DNA of 63,468 bases, the filler included, from Choristocarpus tenellus KU-1152 (taxonomy: Eukaryota; Protista; Phaeophyceae), in assembly GCA_964200185.2 (NCBI GenBank). It is 7 parts of 7 records of this genome, joined end to end, with 100 filler letters (N's around TTAATTAATTAA, not from the genome) between each part and the next. Parts side by side here need not be neighbours in the genome. Positions count along the whole stretch, not along the records: positions 1 to 10,306 come from CAXNAD020003000.1; positions 10,407 to 23,332 come from CAXNAD020001655.1; 5 more parts are not named here. One strand, written 5' to 3'. The position numbers and the translations under genes are program-made. Shown here in pieces: positions 1 through 13,385 of the stretch. The first letter of the stretch is position 1. Every line of letters starts with the position of its first letter. A model generated the notes under the pieces. The model saw only the letters and a list, made by a program, of their open reading frames with translations, was not told the origin of the DNA and made no database searches.

Positions 1-15
1 CCAGTGCCTTCCTAA

Positions 16-198
16 TACCCAAAGTATCTGGAGGGGGGGGGGGGAGGGGTTCTACACCAGGGTGTCCATTTAGACCAAAATCGGGAAAGTACGTTTACAT
101 TATCCATCCGACGTATGCAACCAAATCACCCAAAAATCGCGATATGAAAAAATTGACCCCAAATTGACAGCCGCCACCCCCTCCCAGACACGTTAGCC
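16..198 (+). mobile_element. MITE family A
   Basis: ACCCAAAGTATCTGG-polyG ... polyC-CAGACAC ends; TSD TAA. Confidence 0.85.
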
Positions 199-2763
199 TA
201 ATGTTGACCAAATGCTTACTTCCTTGGGACAGCGTGTGTTCAAGAATGTATTTAGCTATGTTATGCATATGTGCTGTTGATGGGGAGTGTTTCTTGTTGA
301 ATTCTGTTTACGTTAAGAATGAGAGGTCACGGTTGACCACACTGGCACTTCATCTTGAGGTGTTCATAGAGGCAATCTATGCGTTTCCCAGGCAATGTGC
401 AGCAGAACCATGTAGGCTCAAGAAAAGAGGTTGTTATTCAATATCGATGTTCATTCATGTACTGTGAGTGTGCCGTCCATGTTATCTATGGATAGATTCC
501 TTGCGTCGAAATATCGCAATACTCTTTCTTGACAATCGTTGATCTTATGCAAAAGGGAAGCTATTCCAATAGAGTCTCTATTCCAATAGAGTCTCTATTC
601 CAATAGAGTCTCTGCATTGTGTTGTATGGATGTATTTATTAGCGGAGTGAACACAGCCCTCGGTGGTGGGTTGTGGAAGGGTGGAGTGAGGTATTATTGG
701 GCAAATTAAGACAGTCTGAGGTGTTGATGGGCAATATATTGTACCTCCCTCCATGTCCACGCTATTATGATTCAAAGTGAGAGGTTTCAAGAATCGGGAA
801 AGAAAAATAATAATTTGTACCTTTTGTTGCAAACCACTTCTTAGATCTGCTTGCCCGTGTGACATTCTCGAGAGAGATCATCCTGCTGAACTATCTCAGA
901 GTGTGACATAGATTAGGTTTTTGTTCAAAATTTCGGGTAAATATCATAGGTCATCTCTAGCACTCCCTTTTCTGGCAAGCACACCCGAAGTCGAGTCAAG
1001 TTCCGAGTCCCTCATATGAGGCCACTTGATGGTCATGCATTTCTCCATTTCCTCAATCATGTGCAGTACATCTACAGCGGTTGATGTCCTTGGAGAAGCT
1101 GTGAGTGTGTGTTGTGTTGTGTAAGGTACATTGTAGAACTGTACACTGAAGCAAAGGTTGCTATTGCAGTAGATAAAGCGCTAAGTTCGACAATTTTCAC
1201 TCAATTTGCTTCACATTATTGGTTCATGGTAAGTAAATATAGAAACCAAACACGTAGAACTTGTCGCAAATTGTGCTTCAGGTTTCTGTATCTTGAGGGG
1301 AAATGACCCAAGTCTGAGCATGTGGGTGTGAGAAGAAGAGGGACTGGGGAAACTGAGAGATTGGTGCACTGCACTGAACAGTATGGGAAAAATAACTCAA
1401 CGTGGGGTGTGGGAAAAAAATAATATATGCCTCTGCTATCAACAAAGTAGGGTGCAGAATTCGATGTGATGGCTCCTGAAATTTTTGTAGGAAAAAAGAG
1501 GTGGAGGAAAAGAATGCGTATCACTGTCAGTCATCAACACCTTATTCAAGGTTCGTTTTTTTGGTAAGGCTCTATTGTCCATCTTCCATCAGCCACATGC
1601 CAAGTTAGTGGCGTCATAGAAAGTCACAGCATAGGTCATGACTGGGTATTTCTGCTCCAGGTGTAAAAATGTATCTATTCAAATGCCTCCTCCAACTGAA
1701 TGATACCAATGTACCCGGTCAGATATATGCCCATAATATGTGTATCACCCCTCTACTACTATATGTAGAAGCAGGATCTCATTAAAATAATTTTCTTTAA
1801 TACTGTACCCACTATAGCCCCACTTATTTCAGGCAAAATGATCAATATTTGAAGTACAGTTGAGTGGTTTGAGACACAGGGGGCTGTACTCTGTGGCGCA
1901 TTGGGGGCAAGGTCAGCACAGAGGAAGACAGCTCCGCAGGAAGAACGTTCTGCACGGAAAAATCGCTTTTGTCAGAGCCAAACGTTTTTGTGGGATGTCT
2001 AGGACGTCATATGAGATATGGAATAATCAAGAACGATAAAATAATATTTCGCACTTTAGGGTTAGGGTTTTCTGGAAAGGTAAGAATCTCAGATTCATCT
2101 CAATTATCGTAATTTTTTTCTTTTTTAGTTTCTGTGCACTCCCCCACACCTCACCATTGCTCAAGACACACGCCATGACATAAATTTTTTTCTTTCCATC
2201 TCTTTTTTGCGGACCTACTGTGATACTGTGATCATTGTGGAAATCTTGGGTGATCTGAGATTCACAATTTGAGACCGAAAATTGGAGGAAAGAAATCGTT
2301 ATTAAGCAATTTAGGACGTTTTTTTTATGGTTTGTTCTTGATAGTTCCACCTTCCTCATGGTGTTCCCAACAGCCCCTGGAAGGCGTTGACTCAAAAAAG
2401 AGAGTCTCTTTATGGACAACCTTCTTCCTGTGCAGGTGTATTTCTATTGCGATGATCTTGCATCTCATGCACAAACACCCTGCAAGTAAAGATTAGAAAA
2501 AAATCAAATACATGCCATCTCTGAAGTCGGAAATATTGAAAGGTCTCAACAGAGTTGCAGAAATTGTTTAATGTAGTGCATCCCAGAAAAGCAGGCAGTC
2601 CACGCAACATCTACCCAAACGAACTTGGTACCAGGAGTGATGATGGGAATCAAAAATGCTCAACTTGCAGAAAAAGAAAAACACCAAAGGCTAGTACCAC
2701 TGGCCAGATTCATCTTTCTTGAGTCTAACTAAGTAGCGAAAGTCCTCTCATCCATTACCTTTT

Positions 2764-3021
2764 GAGTGAAAGTATCTTAGAGGGTACGAGTTTTGCCCTG
2801 TTTGTCCATCTGGGGTTAGGCTTCCCACGGGTTTCTCATGACATTTTACCTACTCCGGAACATTTCGGAGTAGGTAAAATGTATACGTTCTGAAAAGGAG
2901 TGTCCAGAACAAGGATATTGGCATCTCCTAACAAACATGATAGCCAAAATAACATCAAAATTGCAGCATCGGATTTGGTCCCCAAATGGACGCGGCTCTA
3001 CCCTCTAAGATACTTTGACTC
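2764..3021 (+). mobile_element. MITE family B (258 bp)
   Basis: TIR GAGTGAAAGTATCTTAGAGGGTA / TACCCTCTAAGATACTTTGACTC; TSD TTT. Confidence 0.92.
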
Positions 3022-3133
3022 TTTGCATCAATAATGCTTCTGTACCCAATCCAACCCACTCCGATTCCCCTTCCAAGAAATGAACTGCACTATAGCATCG
3101 ATGTTAAGTCATCCTTATGCTCTGATCTCCTAG

Positions 3134-6100
3134 GTGCGTGTACTCCGACCACTTCGGATGATCTCACGCTACCCTGAGCTCATGGTGGTGGTGGATACCT
3201 TGCTTGCATCTATCCCTGCCATTGTACACGTCGTGTTCATATGTACCCTGTTCTTCTTGGTGTTTGCAGTCATGGGGGTCACCTACCTGAAGGTGCCAGA
3301 CTCACAAGCAACATGTATCATTAACATATGGATATTATGTCACCATTGGAAGTAAATTCATTTGCTATTCAAAACATTCAACATTTCAGCTACTACTGGC
3401 ATCTGTGTACCTCGGTTATTGACAGCTAGTTCTTGTTACAATAAGCACATAGAGGGTTGTAATTACAGTTATGTCTTGAGCTACTCTATTTTTTAGGGGT
3501 TCAGTCCCTGACAACTGTATGAGTATGAGTTGAAAGAGAGAGATTGGAGGTCAAACACAAAGTGTGAATTTCGATCGAGTTAGCATCACCACCTCTGCTC
3601 CACATACATGACCAATCACCGCTTGGGGTGCCCACCAGTTTCTATCCACTCCTTTGCCACCAATGCCATAACTGTAATAGACTAAACATTCCATGTGGGT
3701 GTATTTACCTGATCTGAGAATTGAGGGAACCTGCCTAATCTAAACAGGTAGGAAGGGATGAGGAGCAAATGTATCACAGACCTTGTCCGGAACTTCAAGT
3801 ATACATTGACTCCAAAGTTGATGACACTGGCTGTTCTTCATCATGTCCATCCTTAGGACAATCTTCATATGGAGAATTTCAGATAGTACTTACAGCATCT
3901 CCGTCAGGTTTCTTTCTATATTGAAAATTACTGAGCACATTACCAAATAGAAATCTCATGACAGTATAGAAAATACTCATGGCACTTGCGCTATTGCCCT
4001 TCACCGAATTGCTTTAGTTGTTTGTTGTTTCTATTACCTTACGAAATGATTTGCCGTATGTGTTGTGCTCGAAGGTCCTACAACAAGTCCCTAACTCAAC
4101 AAGAAATTCACAAGTGTATTTTACGTCACTGTCCTTCCAATTTGCTTGGTACTCATGATGACCACACTCCTAACCTTGAAAATTTATATTAATGCACTGA
4201 GAGTATACCGATTTGCAACAAATATTACATTTCAGAAACCTTCAACCTTCAGATCAACTGCAATGTGTCTTTTCTCCATCAGGGGACTTTCGGCAAGTGT
4301 GAAGGAGTTGAAGCACTCCCCATTGATCTTCAAGAGCTGTTGACTTACCCTGTTCCATATGCAACCATGACCAGCAGCTATCCTGACTCCACCACCTGGC
4401 TGAACGGGACAGTGTGTGAGACGAAGATTGGTAAGAATGGGAAAATCTCGTTGAAAAATTCTTCACATTAGTCATCACAAGATTGAGGTGTAGAGAACTT
4501 CCTGTGAGAAGCAACACATGACAAGAAATTTAAATCACTCGATCAAATGTTCAATGCTGACAACATATAACTCCAACAAATTGTTTACTACATGGTTCCC
4601 AGACTGATGTGCTTTCATTAGGTTCCGTACAGCTCGCTATTGCTCTATCATTTAAAAATATATAAGTCTGAAATATCAACCCTAGAGTTTCAGTCCATCT
4701 CACTACCTCACCACCTACATATTGCCCTCATGAGACGAGAAAGCGAACTTACCTGTTTGCTCTGGTCTGACCAAGGTTTATTCCAGAGGTTGGGCGAGGC
4801 GATGCTATGGAAGTAGAGCAGTTCTGTCATTCGCTTTACTTCATTGTATATATTTTTTTTTAAGTCTCTCACTGTGAGTCGTGAGGTACTCATATCTAGT
4901 TTTGTATTTTCCTTAACACCATTCACCAAAGTAATAGCCTACAAGTCACCTTGAATCAACAGAATGAACTAGACCTGCAACACTCCCTTCTGCATCAATC
5001 TTGTTGGCATTATGTTTCCTCAATTACAAACCAACCACAAAATGCAAAATCGAGAAAAAAGAAATGGATTCTTATCTCACCAATTCTACAATATCTCAAG
5101 TGTAGCATAAACCAAGATCCCAAAGCTATGATCAGCTAACCTAGGAAAGATAGACAGGTCGACCTCAAGCAGCATTGATGTGACGAATGTTTAATACATC
5201 AAAGGATGAAAGCGTGACACCTGCCGCTCAAGTCTGTTTTGTATTGATTGGTGCAAATAGATTCTTCAAGGATTGCATTTTGTGTTGGTGCTGCATTATT
5301 TTTGCACTGTCCGTGCAAAGACTAGTTGATACACACGGAACACGCACTTCGATCCTTTCTGAGACTTCTTGTGCACACGTGATGCCTAAATTACAAATGA
5401 AAAAATACTTACAGCAGGGTCTGCTTGCGCTGTAGAAGGGAGGAACTATAGATACAACAACCACATTTGCTATTAAAGCAGGCATATGTAGGCATCTGCT
5501 TGGAGTTCAATACTCCCTTCGATATCCTTTCATACCCCAACTTAGACACCCCTCATCCTCCTGTAATGCCTTGTTGTCACCCACTGCAGGTGATTCTTCT
5601 GTAGCAGAAACTCCCACATCGCGCGAGCTCTGTGGGTGTGTCCTAGGCAACAGCAGCTGGGGCTTAGCAGTTCCCCAGTTATTTGACAATGTCTTCTCGG
5701 CTATGGGTTGCCTTTACGAGATCTCTACCACTGAGGGATGGGTGGATGTGAGTATCATCTCGCCTAATTATGGTTTCAACAATGAAGCTCCAATCTTCTC
5801 ACAAGTGGGCTTGATATTTACGTCATCCTTGATAGGTTTTCTTAGCTATGACATCCTATATGATCATACCGTTGCCATTAATGACACCTGAGTCTGCGAA
5901 CTCCATGGCAGCTTCTTTATGTATTTTGTTCTCATTTTTTCAAGGGTTATATCTGGGAGTATATTGCACCCTAGATCTGCCAAGAATTATACCGAACGCA
6001 TGCTGTGCCCAACTCTTGAGACATGATGCAACAGGTTATGTATGCAGCAATTGACCAGAGGGGAATAGATATGCAACCAGTGGAGAACTATCAGGTGAGG

Positions 6101-9100
6101 TATGTTCCTACCCACGAACAATATCAAGAAGAGGAATCTGGAATTGCAAAGCACCTCGTAGTACAAACTCTTGTAGTTCTGATTTTTTTTTTCCTAAGAG
6201 ATTGAAGCATTTGCACCCATGAACTCTAATGGAGGATGGTTGAAATTCCTGGTGGTGTTTCAAACCACTCCAAGCTTTGAAGTCCAAGAAAAAAGCAACA
6301 GTAGGAAGATCAGTGATCCATAGATTCCGAACCCTAGCATCAAAAATGTCCATGTTGACACATTCATATGATCAATGTTACTGCACAGAGTGCCGAAGGG
6401 ACATAGACTTGGTAGACCTCCTACAAAAGCAGAATTTTGTGATCTCCTGCGCTTAGAAACATGTCAGGAGTAGTGATCAAAGAGTCGAAAGGACTAAGGC
6501 AGCAAGAAACAGTTCTTTGAGACAACTTCATCCTGAACCTACTTCTGTGTCACTTCACATTGCATCACTCGATTGATTATACTGAGTCTAGTCAATAAAC
6601 TCAATTCAACGGAAATCTGCAGGAGGCCTGGGTTCTATTTTTTGTGGGATTCATGATTTTCGGGGCATTTTTCATCATGAACCTGTTTGTGGGTGTTGTG
6701 ATCGAAAACTTCAACACTATCAAGAGAGACAAGGGGAAATTATTTCTCACCAAAGAGCAGGAGGAATGGAAGACCCTACAGGTTAGTCCGCTCTCATAAC
6801 ACCTGTTCACTATCAGATCCATAGGAGAAGTGTACACAAATGTCTCCAGAACAAAGAATATGGGACATTATAGGCACGGGGATCAAGTCATGGGTACGGA
6901 GAGAGTGCACTGCTAAGAACATTCGGCAACTGCTCTATCAGATAATCAGAAAGTCAGGCTTACTGTCAAATGTGACATCGTATGTGACTTATACCAACAC
7001 TGTTACGTGAGAATCCATGCACGTTACTCTGAGTACTTCATATGCTGAATTTGAGAGACGAATGAGAGAGAGAGAGAGAGAGTGATAGAGGGTGGTATAG
7101 GGCTGCTTGGCTGGTGTTGCAAGTCTACTGAGGTCTTGATATGTCACCCTGTGTACTTGCATAGTATTGAGTCCTTATTCAAACTGCGAGCCAAGGTTAT
7201 CATTGACACTGTTGTCGACAATGAAGCTTGAGAGGAAAAACATAATTGATCAGTGATCTTGATACCGTTCTATAGTCGACCTACATTCTTCCACAGCCTC
7301 AGTTTCCTGACTGGAACCAATCTCTGATCGCCCAACCATGCAGCGTCTAATAATCAAAATGAAGCCGAAGAAGCTCTACAAGACACCCAGTGCAATCTTC
7401 CCCAGGTATAGAAACAGGCAGTAGGATTGTTCAATATATGTTCACTCGGGAACATACAATATCTCTGAGAGCAGAAATAGGGCTTTCAATCTTCAGAAAG
7501 ATCCACTTAATCCTGCTATAGATGATTTGATGCTGCAAATCTTACAAGCACAGCAGAGGTTAAAAACAGATCTAATCGCCCAGGCCATGGGAACAATAAC
7601 CTGTTTGGGAAACGCAGATGATGATGCAACATATCGTGAGGATCGGAGTAGTGTTTACATGTACCGATCCACACGGATGGGCAACATGTATGTTGCGGAG
7701 GGTGTGGAGCTGTAAATTTGGGATGACACTAGACCGACATGCTGGAGAGAAGATGCAATTTATTCCACTCTTGCTACCTTGTTCAGAAAGTGATCACCGT
7801 ACACACTCATGCACAAGAAGGTTTGAGTAATGAGGGAAATGGTCGTTTGGGGGGTAAGGACTCTGGGAAGCTCATTTAAGTGACCTTGAGGATGCTGCTC
7901 GTAGAGATACATCTAAAAGACCCTCAGAACTGCCCCTCATGCTAGATGTTCTAGGAATCGGCGGAAGGTCATTCGCACATCTGCCTCAAAGAGTTCTGAC
8001 CGTCTCTCATTGAAGGAAGCTGTCTACTCGTAAAGGAATTCCCTGAGAGGCGTTACTTGAAATGCAATTTTATTTTTCATAACCTAGCTTATCGTTCAAA
8101 GTATCCGATAGAGGTGCATGTACTTGAAATTCCAGTCGCAACTATGTACTGTCCAGTCAGTAGTCTGTAATTATATGTGCTTTTATTAAGATTGATATTG
8201 AGACCCTTTATGGTCGCCGGAGTTGAACTTCTAGTCCTACCTACTATGTTATTTACACCTTGTATTTGCATATATATATATATATCAATGTATGTATGTA
8301 TCAGTACCCATCTTCCGGTGGCCGTGAAGGATGCAGACCGTTCCTATCACTGTCAAATTAATGCATTTATACAGATCTATGATTCAAACACAGTTCAAAA
8401 ATCGTACATGCCAAAAAGGGTGAATAATTCCTTGAAGCCTCACCCCTACTAATCCAAATGGAATCTAGCACAAGAAACGGTCAGAATACTACTCACCCTT
8501 GAATCTGTTTCTAGTCTTAGTTGGAGTCGGAGATTCCTACCTCAAACACTTTTCTCATGATCAACCAACCTGGTACAGCGCGTGGTTATGACTATTTTCC
8601 TCCCAATAGTCAGACTGGCATAGGCAACAAATACCACTGAATATATGTGCATGTTCTACAATTGGTGCGTTTGTTTGAACGTAAGCATTTTTAACCAGGA
8701 CAACCTATCCCCATCCCCATGCATTTCTATCCTCCGGGCACCTCGAGTTAATGCATGGGCTGTTGAACCCTGAACTGTGAGGTAGTGCATACCAGTTGAA
8801 GGATATAACTTCATCACAACCCCCAGCCTTTGCCTCTACAAATTAACATTCGACTAAGGTCTTCCAGCCCCCAGTCCTCTCCTAAACTGGTTGAAAATAA
8901 TACGCTTGAGAATGGGTGAAAACTATGCTGATCAATATATAGGTGCGTTCCTTTCACATCATACTGCCAGAAATATTAAGTATTGCCACCAACCGCCTTT
9001 CACAGGATGTGCTTCGACCTGATGCAAAGACCAGAATTTGAAAGTGTGATTATTGGCTGTATCGTGGCCAACTCACTCGTTTTGGCCTTGCACTGGTTTG

Positions 9101-9171
9101 GGGAGACATATGTCTTTTCCAGTGTATTGGAGGGCATGAACCTCTTTTTTGCTGCTGTCTTTATGAGTGAG
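3134..9171 (+). CDS. Four-domain voltage-gated Ca2+/Na+ channel alpha subunit, partial (DIII-S4 to DIV-S2), 7 exons
   Basis: Phase-consistent GT-AG exons: 3134-3292 (S4 RVLRPLRMISR, S5), 4283-4430, 5590-5747 (pore FDNVFSAMGCLYEISTTEGWVD), 6035-6094, 6623-6781 (S6 FFIMNLFVGVVIENF plus III-IV linker LFLTKEQEEW), 7344-7405, 9006-9171 (DIV S1-S2 FESVIIGCIVANSLVLAL). Both ends of the gene lie outside the contig or were not found. Confidence 0.93.
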
Positions 9172-9606
9172 GTGTGTGCCGTTTTTGTGTGTTGTGTTGG
9201 GCAAACTGAATCCCTTGCTGTGTAGGATTATGTCACTTCAATTTTTTAGCGATCTTGTCTATCTTTATCATTTAATTTATTGGTACAGGAGTAGGATTGA
9301 TAATAAACCCCTTGCTGTGGAGGATTACATCACTTCAAAGTTATATCGATTTTGTCTCTTTAATTATATTTTCAGGGGCAACATTAGGATAGAGAATGGG
9401 CGACCTAGTGCGGGGTCTCTCCTTTTGCCGGCATCCTATGAACCTTAGAGGGTCCTTGCAAGTTTCCTCCAAGGGTCGCTTATGGTTGATGCAGGAATTT
9501 TCCTGGCCAATTCTCTGTCAGTATTCTTTTTTTCTTGCTCATATATGCGCAAATCTTGGAATGACACATTGTCTATACACTTGTTTCTTTTCTAGTCATG
9601 CAATTG

Positions 9607-9643
<37 letters not shown>

Positions 9644-10306
9644 CACCTGTAATTTAGATTCATTTCATCTGTATACTGGTGCAAGTTCATCACCTGAACT
9701 TCCATTCTATAACTCCAACTGTTACTGAAAGCAAGCACATATTGCCCGGTTCAAGTCGATTGCCCCACATTTGGTGAGCCAGGGTTTGCTGATTTTTTTT
9801 TCGGGTATTGCTGTGAGATGTCCAGGTCCTTGATGATGTTATCCTCTTTCCCACCCAACCACCTTGGTGTAGACATCATTCCCCCCAGCCTGAACGAAAA
9901 TGCTAGGCTCTTTGGCAGCATCAGTTATTTTCTTTGGTCCTCTTATTTCTAGTCAAAGTACCTGAGAGAGGGTTAGCATTGAGATTTTTGGGCCTCTTTG
10001 ACTTTCTACTGGCACAGGATTTGGGAGCATACAGTCCACAAATGTGGGGTGTATTTAGGCTGTATTGTTATTACATTCAGTTCGGAGCAGATTCATCTCA
10101 TTGGCAGGATAGATACAGCAACTCTTGCAATAGTATTACTGAACAATATCTTGTACTTTGTGGATATAACCGACCTATGGCTTTAATTGTGACAATGAGG
10201 ACTCAATTTCATTGCTCTAGGGAAAACATCAGGAGGATATTTGTGGTTGCATTAGTTCTTGAGAGCTCTGTATACCAATACTTTTCTATCCATTTAACAC
10301 ACCCTT

Positions 10307-10406
10307 NNNNNNNNNNNNNNNNNNNNNNNNNNNNNNNNNNNNNNNNNNNNTTAATTAATTAANNNNNNNNNNNNNNNNNNNNNNNNNNNNNNNNNNNNNN
10401 NNNNNN
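10307..10406. other. Artificial contig linker (also 23333-23432, 38118-38217, 52133-52232, 57883-57982, 60828-60927)
   Basis: Identical N44-TTAATTAATTAA-N44, with stops in all six frames. Confidence 0.98.
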
Positions 10407-10840
10407 GGGGGGGCGCTTTGGGGCTCTGTTGTTTTTTTTTTTTTTTATTTTTTTTTTTTATTTTTTTGGGGGGGGGGAGTTCTCCGAGCGGAATCTGTGT
10501 GTCCCGGGGTAGGTGTGTTTTATGTAGGAGGAAGAAAAAAGAAAAAATGGGGGGGGGGGGGGGAAGAGAAAAAAAAACTTTTTTTGGAGCGATACGGAAG
10601 GAAGGGATGAATGATTGATTGGGATGATTGGGGTGATTGGCATTTTGTTGTGTTTTTGTTGTGTTTTTGTTGTACTGTAGCAGCGAAGAGGAAGGTCAGA
10701 AGTTGGTTTGTTTGTTCAATGAGTGATCACGGTGCTGTAGATCAGGGCATGTGAGTGCAACCACTTCACCAGAATCGTCCGATCCGAACAATGTACTTTT
10801 GTGTTTTAGTTGCCCTCGTGGGTGCCCTGGACAAGAGGCG

Positions 10841-10871
10841 TAACCCTAACCCTAACCCTAACCCTAACCCT
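10841..10871. repeat. Interstitial telomere-like (TAACCC)5
   Basis: TAACCC x5 seen directly. Confidence 0.85.
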
Positions 10872-12039
10872 ATAGAGCGAATGTCCATGAGTGTGTTGGC
10901 CCCGGATCATGAGCATTTTGCCTCCTCCTCTGTGGTACATCTCCAGCTGTACGGGCGAGGAGGTTTCCCAATACCATTTTTTTTTGTGCGTGTTTGTTTT
11001 GAATGGAGAAGAGTTTCAGCAGAGCAAGCAGAAAGCAAGAGTTGGGGTACAAAGTCCGGTCCAGCATGGATCAAGGAAGGGTTAAGAATAGAGAGCCCAA
11101 CTTTAATGTCCTCATGAGAGGGAGGGAGGCCTTGCGACCTTGTGCAGGTGACACTCTCTTGGGAAAGCCTTATCTGAGAGACGGTGAGGGGACCGACCAC
11201 TCTTTGGCGGTTTCAGGTAGGGTTAGGGTTTTCAAGAGGTGAGGTCATCCACCGTAGCGAAACGGAATTTTCAGTCATGGGTAACTTTTTGGTAACTTTG
11301 AGGCGATTTTTCGTCAAGAAGGTGGAGAGTCACAACTCTGTGGGAGAGAATCCGAACGTGGGAGTGGATGAGGGTGTCGTCACACATGCAGAGCTAGGCA
11401 CGGCGAGGAAAGTGGAATCACAGGCACGAGGAGTTCGGATTTGCATTAGCTTCGAGAGGGCTTGAAGAAGATCCCAACAATCACACAAAGTTTCCTCGCG
11501 GTGGCGATCCTTCAAGCGGAGTAATGTTACCATTCTTCGTGAAAAACCTTCCCAACAAGGGAACGTTCTCCTCCCGGTCCTGTCCGACCCTTCTTCAAGT
11601 ATCACCTACTCGTGGAGAGTGTCAAGGAAGTTTAGCTCACGATAGGCTTTGTAATAGGCTGTGTAATAGGCTGTGTAATGGATGGATGAATCAAGGTACC
11701 CGCACGAGGTCCTACCGCCGCTTTGAAACTCGGGAGGGGAGACGACGGTGCTACAAAGAAGCGGTTCTTAGTTGGGGAGGATGGGAAATATCTGCGCTCC
11801 TACTTCTCCGTACGAGCAAAAGGAACCCCTTCTTCCGAAGTAGCCTTCGCAGGTCTCAGTTCAAGCTTTGACCTTGTGTTTCTGAGCATTCAAATGGCAC
11901 TGAGAGGTGACCTCAAAGACAAAAATGACCAAATTCAACCAAGGATTCTAAGGCAACAGTATTGATGGTTATTGATGGTTATTGATGGTTACGTTGTCCG
12001 AGGTGTACGTTCGTACAGTTTTCCGCTAGCCATACGCAC

Positions 12040-12155
12040 ATGTATGTATGTATATATGTATGTATGTATTATTATTATGTATGTATATATGTATGTATGT
12101 ATTATTATTATGTATGTATATATGTATGTATATATGTATGTATGTATGTATGTAC
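12040..12155. repeat. (TATG/TATA)n microsatellite
   Basis: Direct; produces spurious YIHT/MYVC ORFs. Confidence 0.9.
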
Positions 12156-12488
12156 ATCTTTTTTTCGAATTGAGCCTCGTGAATCGTTTTGACATTTCTG
12201 TCCCCTGACTCCACACTCCCTAGTCAATGTATAAGAACCGTTTTTTTTCCGACCATGCGAAGAGGCAGCCGGTTCTTTTTGTTCTTTTTGTGCTTGGTTG
12301 TGGTGTACCCTGGGGAAAGTCAAACCAATTGAGAGGTAGTCAGGGTTGAATTTTAAGGATACTGAGAAATGGCAAATAGGGTTCATTTTTTTGAAATTGC
12401 ATAAAGAGCCTTAGGTGAGTTGTGGTGCCACTTTTATGTGTGGAAAGAGGAATGTCAATTTTGCTTACACTATTGTGGACATAAAGCA

Positions 12489-12761
12489 GACCCAAAGCAT
12501 TTAAGAGGGTAGGAGTTTCGACCTGTTTTTCCGTTCAGGGCTTGGCTTCCCACTTCTTTTTTTTTATGCCCTTTTTTCGGGTTTTTTCGGTTTTCTATGT
12601 GAACACAGTTACCTAAAGTGTATACGACTATGAAAGGTGTGTCTGGAGCAAGGATATTGACACTTGCTGACAAACACGATAGCCAAAATTCATCAAAGTG
12701 ACAACGTTACGATTTATGATCCCGAATGGACTCAGCCCTACCCTCTAAAATGCTTTCACTT
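12489..12761 (+). mobile_element. MITE family B, divergent
   Basis: Same interior and degenerate TIRs; TSD GCA. Confidence 0.8.
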
Positions 12762-13119
12762 GCAATGAAATAGAGTGTATTGCACAGGGTAAGAAATATT
12801 GATTAGAATGCAAAAGGGTCCAAACCTGCCTACTTCTCAACTGATTGTCTCTAGCGTTGTCCTGGAGAAATAAGAGACAGGAGGGAATAGAGTAGAACCT
12901 CCACCAGGTAGCAGCAACAGAATGAAAGAGGTAGGGAGAGGCTGTGATTGGGTTCAAGTGTGGACTGTGCCCGGGGGGGTCTGCGTTTATTGTTGACCTT
13001 CAAACTGCCTAAGAGAGAATGTTTAGCTGGTGATGATGTGTATGTTCATTCATAGAGATGTAGGTGATCATTTGTTCACAAAACAACTAGTGTTGATAGT
13101 TGTCATTGGTTAGTACACT

Positions 13120-13385
13120 GAGTCAAGGTAAGCGAGCAGTACCCAGGTTTTGGCCATTTTGCATTCTACGCCAGTTTTTTTTTCAATCTTTTGCAATTGA
13201 CCCATATTTCTACGGATGACGTTCAAGTTCGACTTGAGAGGGTTGATTTCTCTTTTGTTTGAAAATTTTCGACACAATTCGGAAAATATATCCTACGCTC
13301 ATTCGAAAAAAATGCCAATTTTTTGCACATGTTTGTTGGCATCCTAAAAATACAATTCTTGACTACACCTCATTATCTTTGAGTC
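13120..13385 (+). mobile_element. MITE family C
   Basis: GAGTCAAGGTAAGCGAG...TACCCAG left TIR, degenerate right TIR; TSD ACT. Confidence 0.8.

Noticed and set aside
201-1300. Further channel exons or an antisense gene
   Set aside because: No channel motifs; the frames are interrupted.
1379-1807. Tc1/mariner-type MITE (CAGTAT...ATACTG-TA)
   Set aside because: TIR match is short and there is no second copy in the window.
10307-10406. TTAATTAATTAA between N runs as a biological motif
   Set aside because: Identical at six places; an artificial concatenation linker.
11972-12386. YIHT/MYVC-repeat ORFs
   Set aside because: Translations of a microsatellite.
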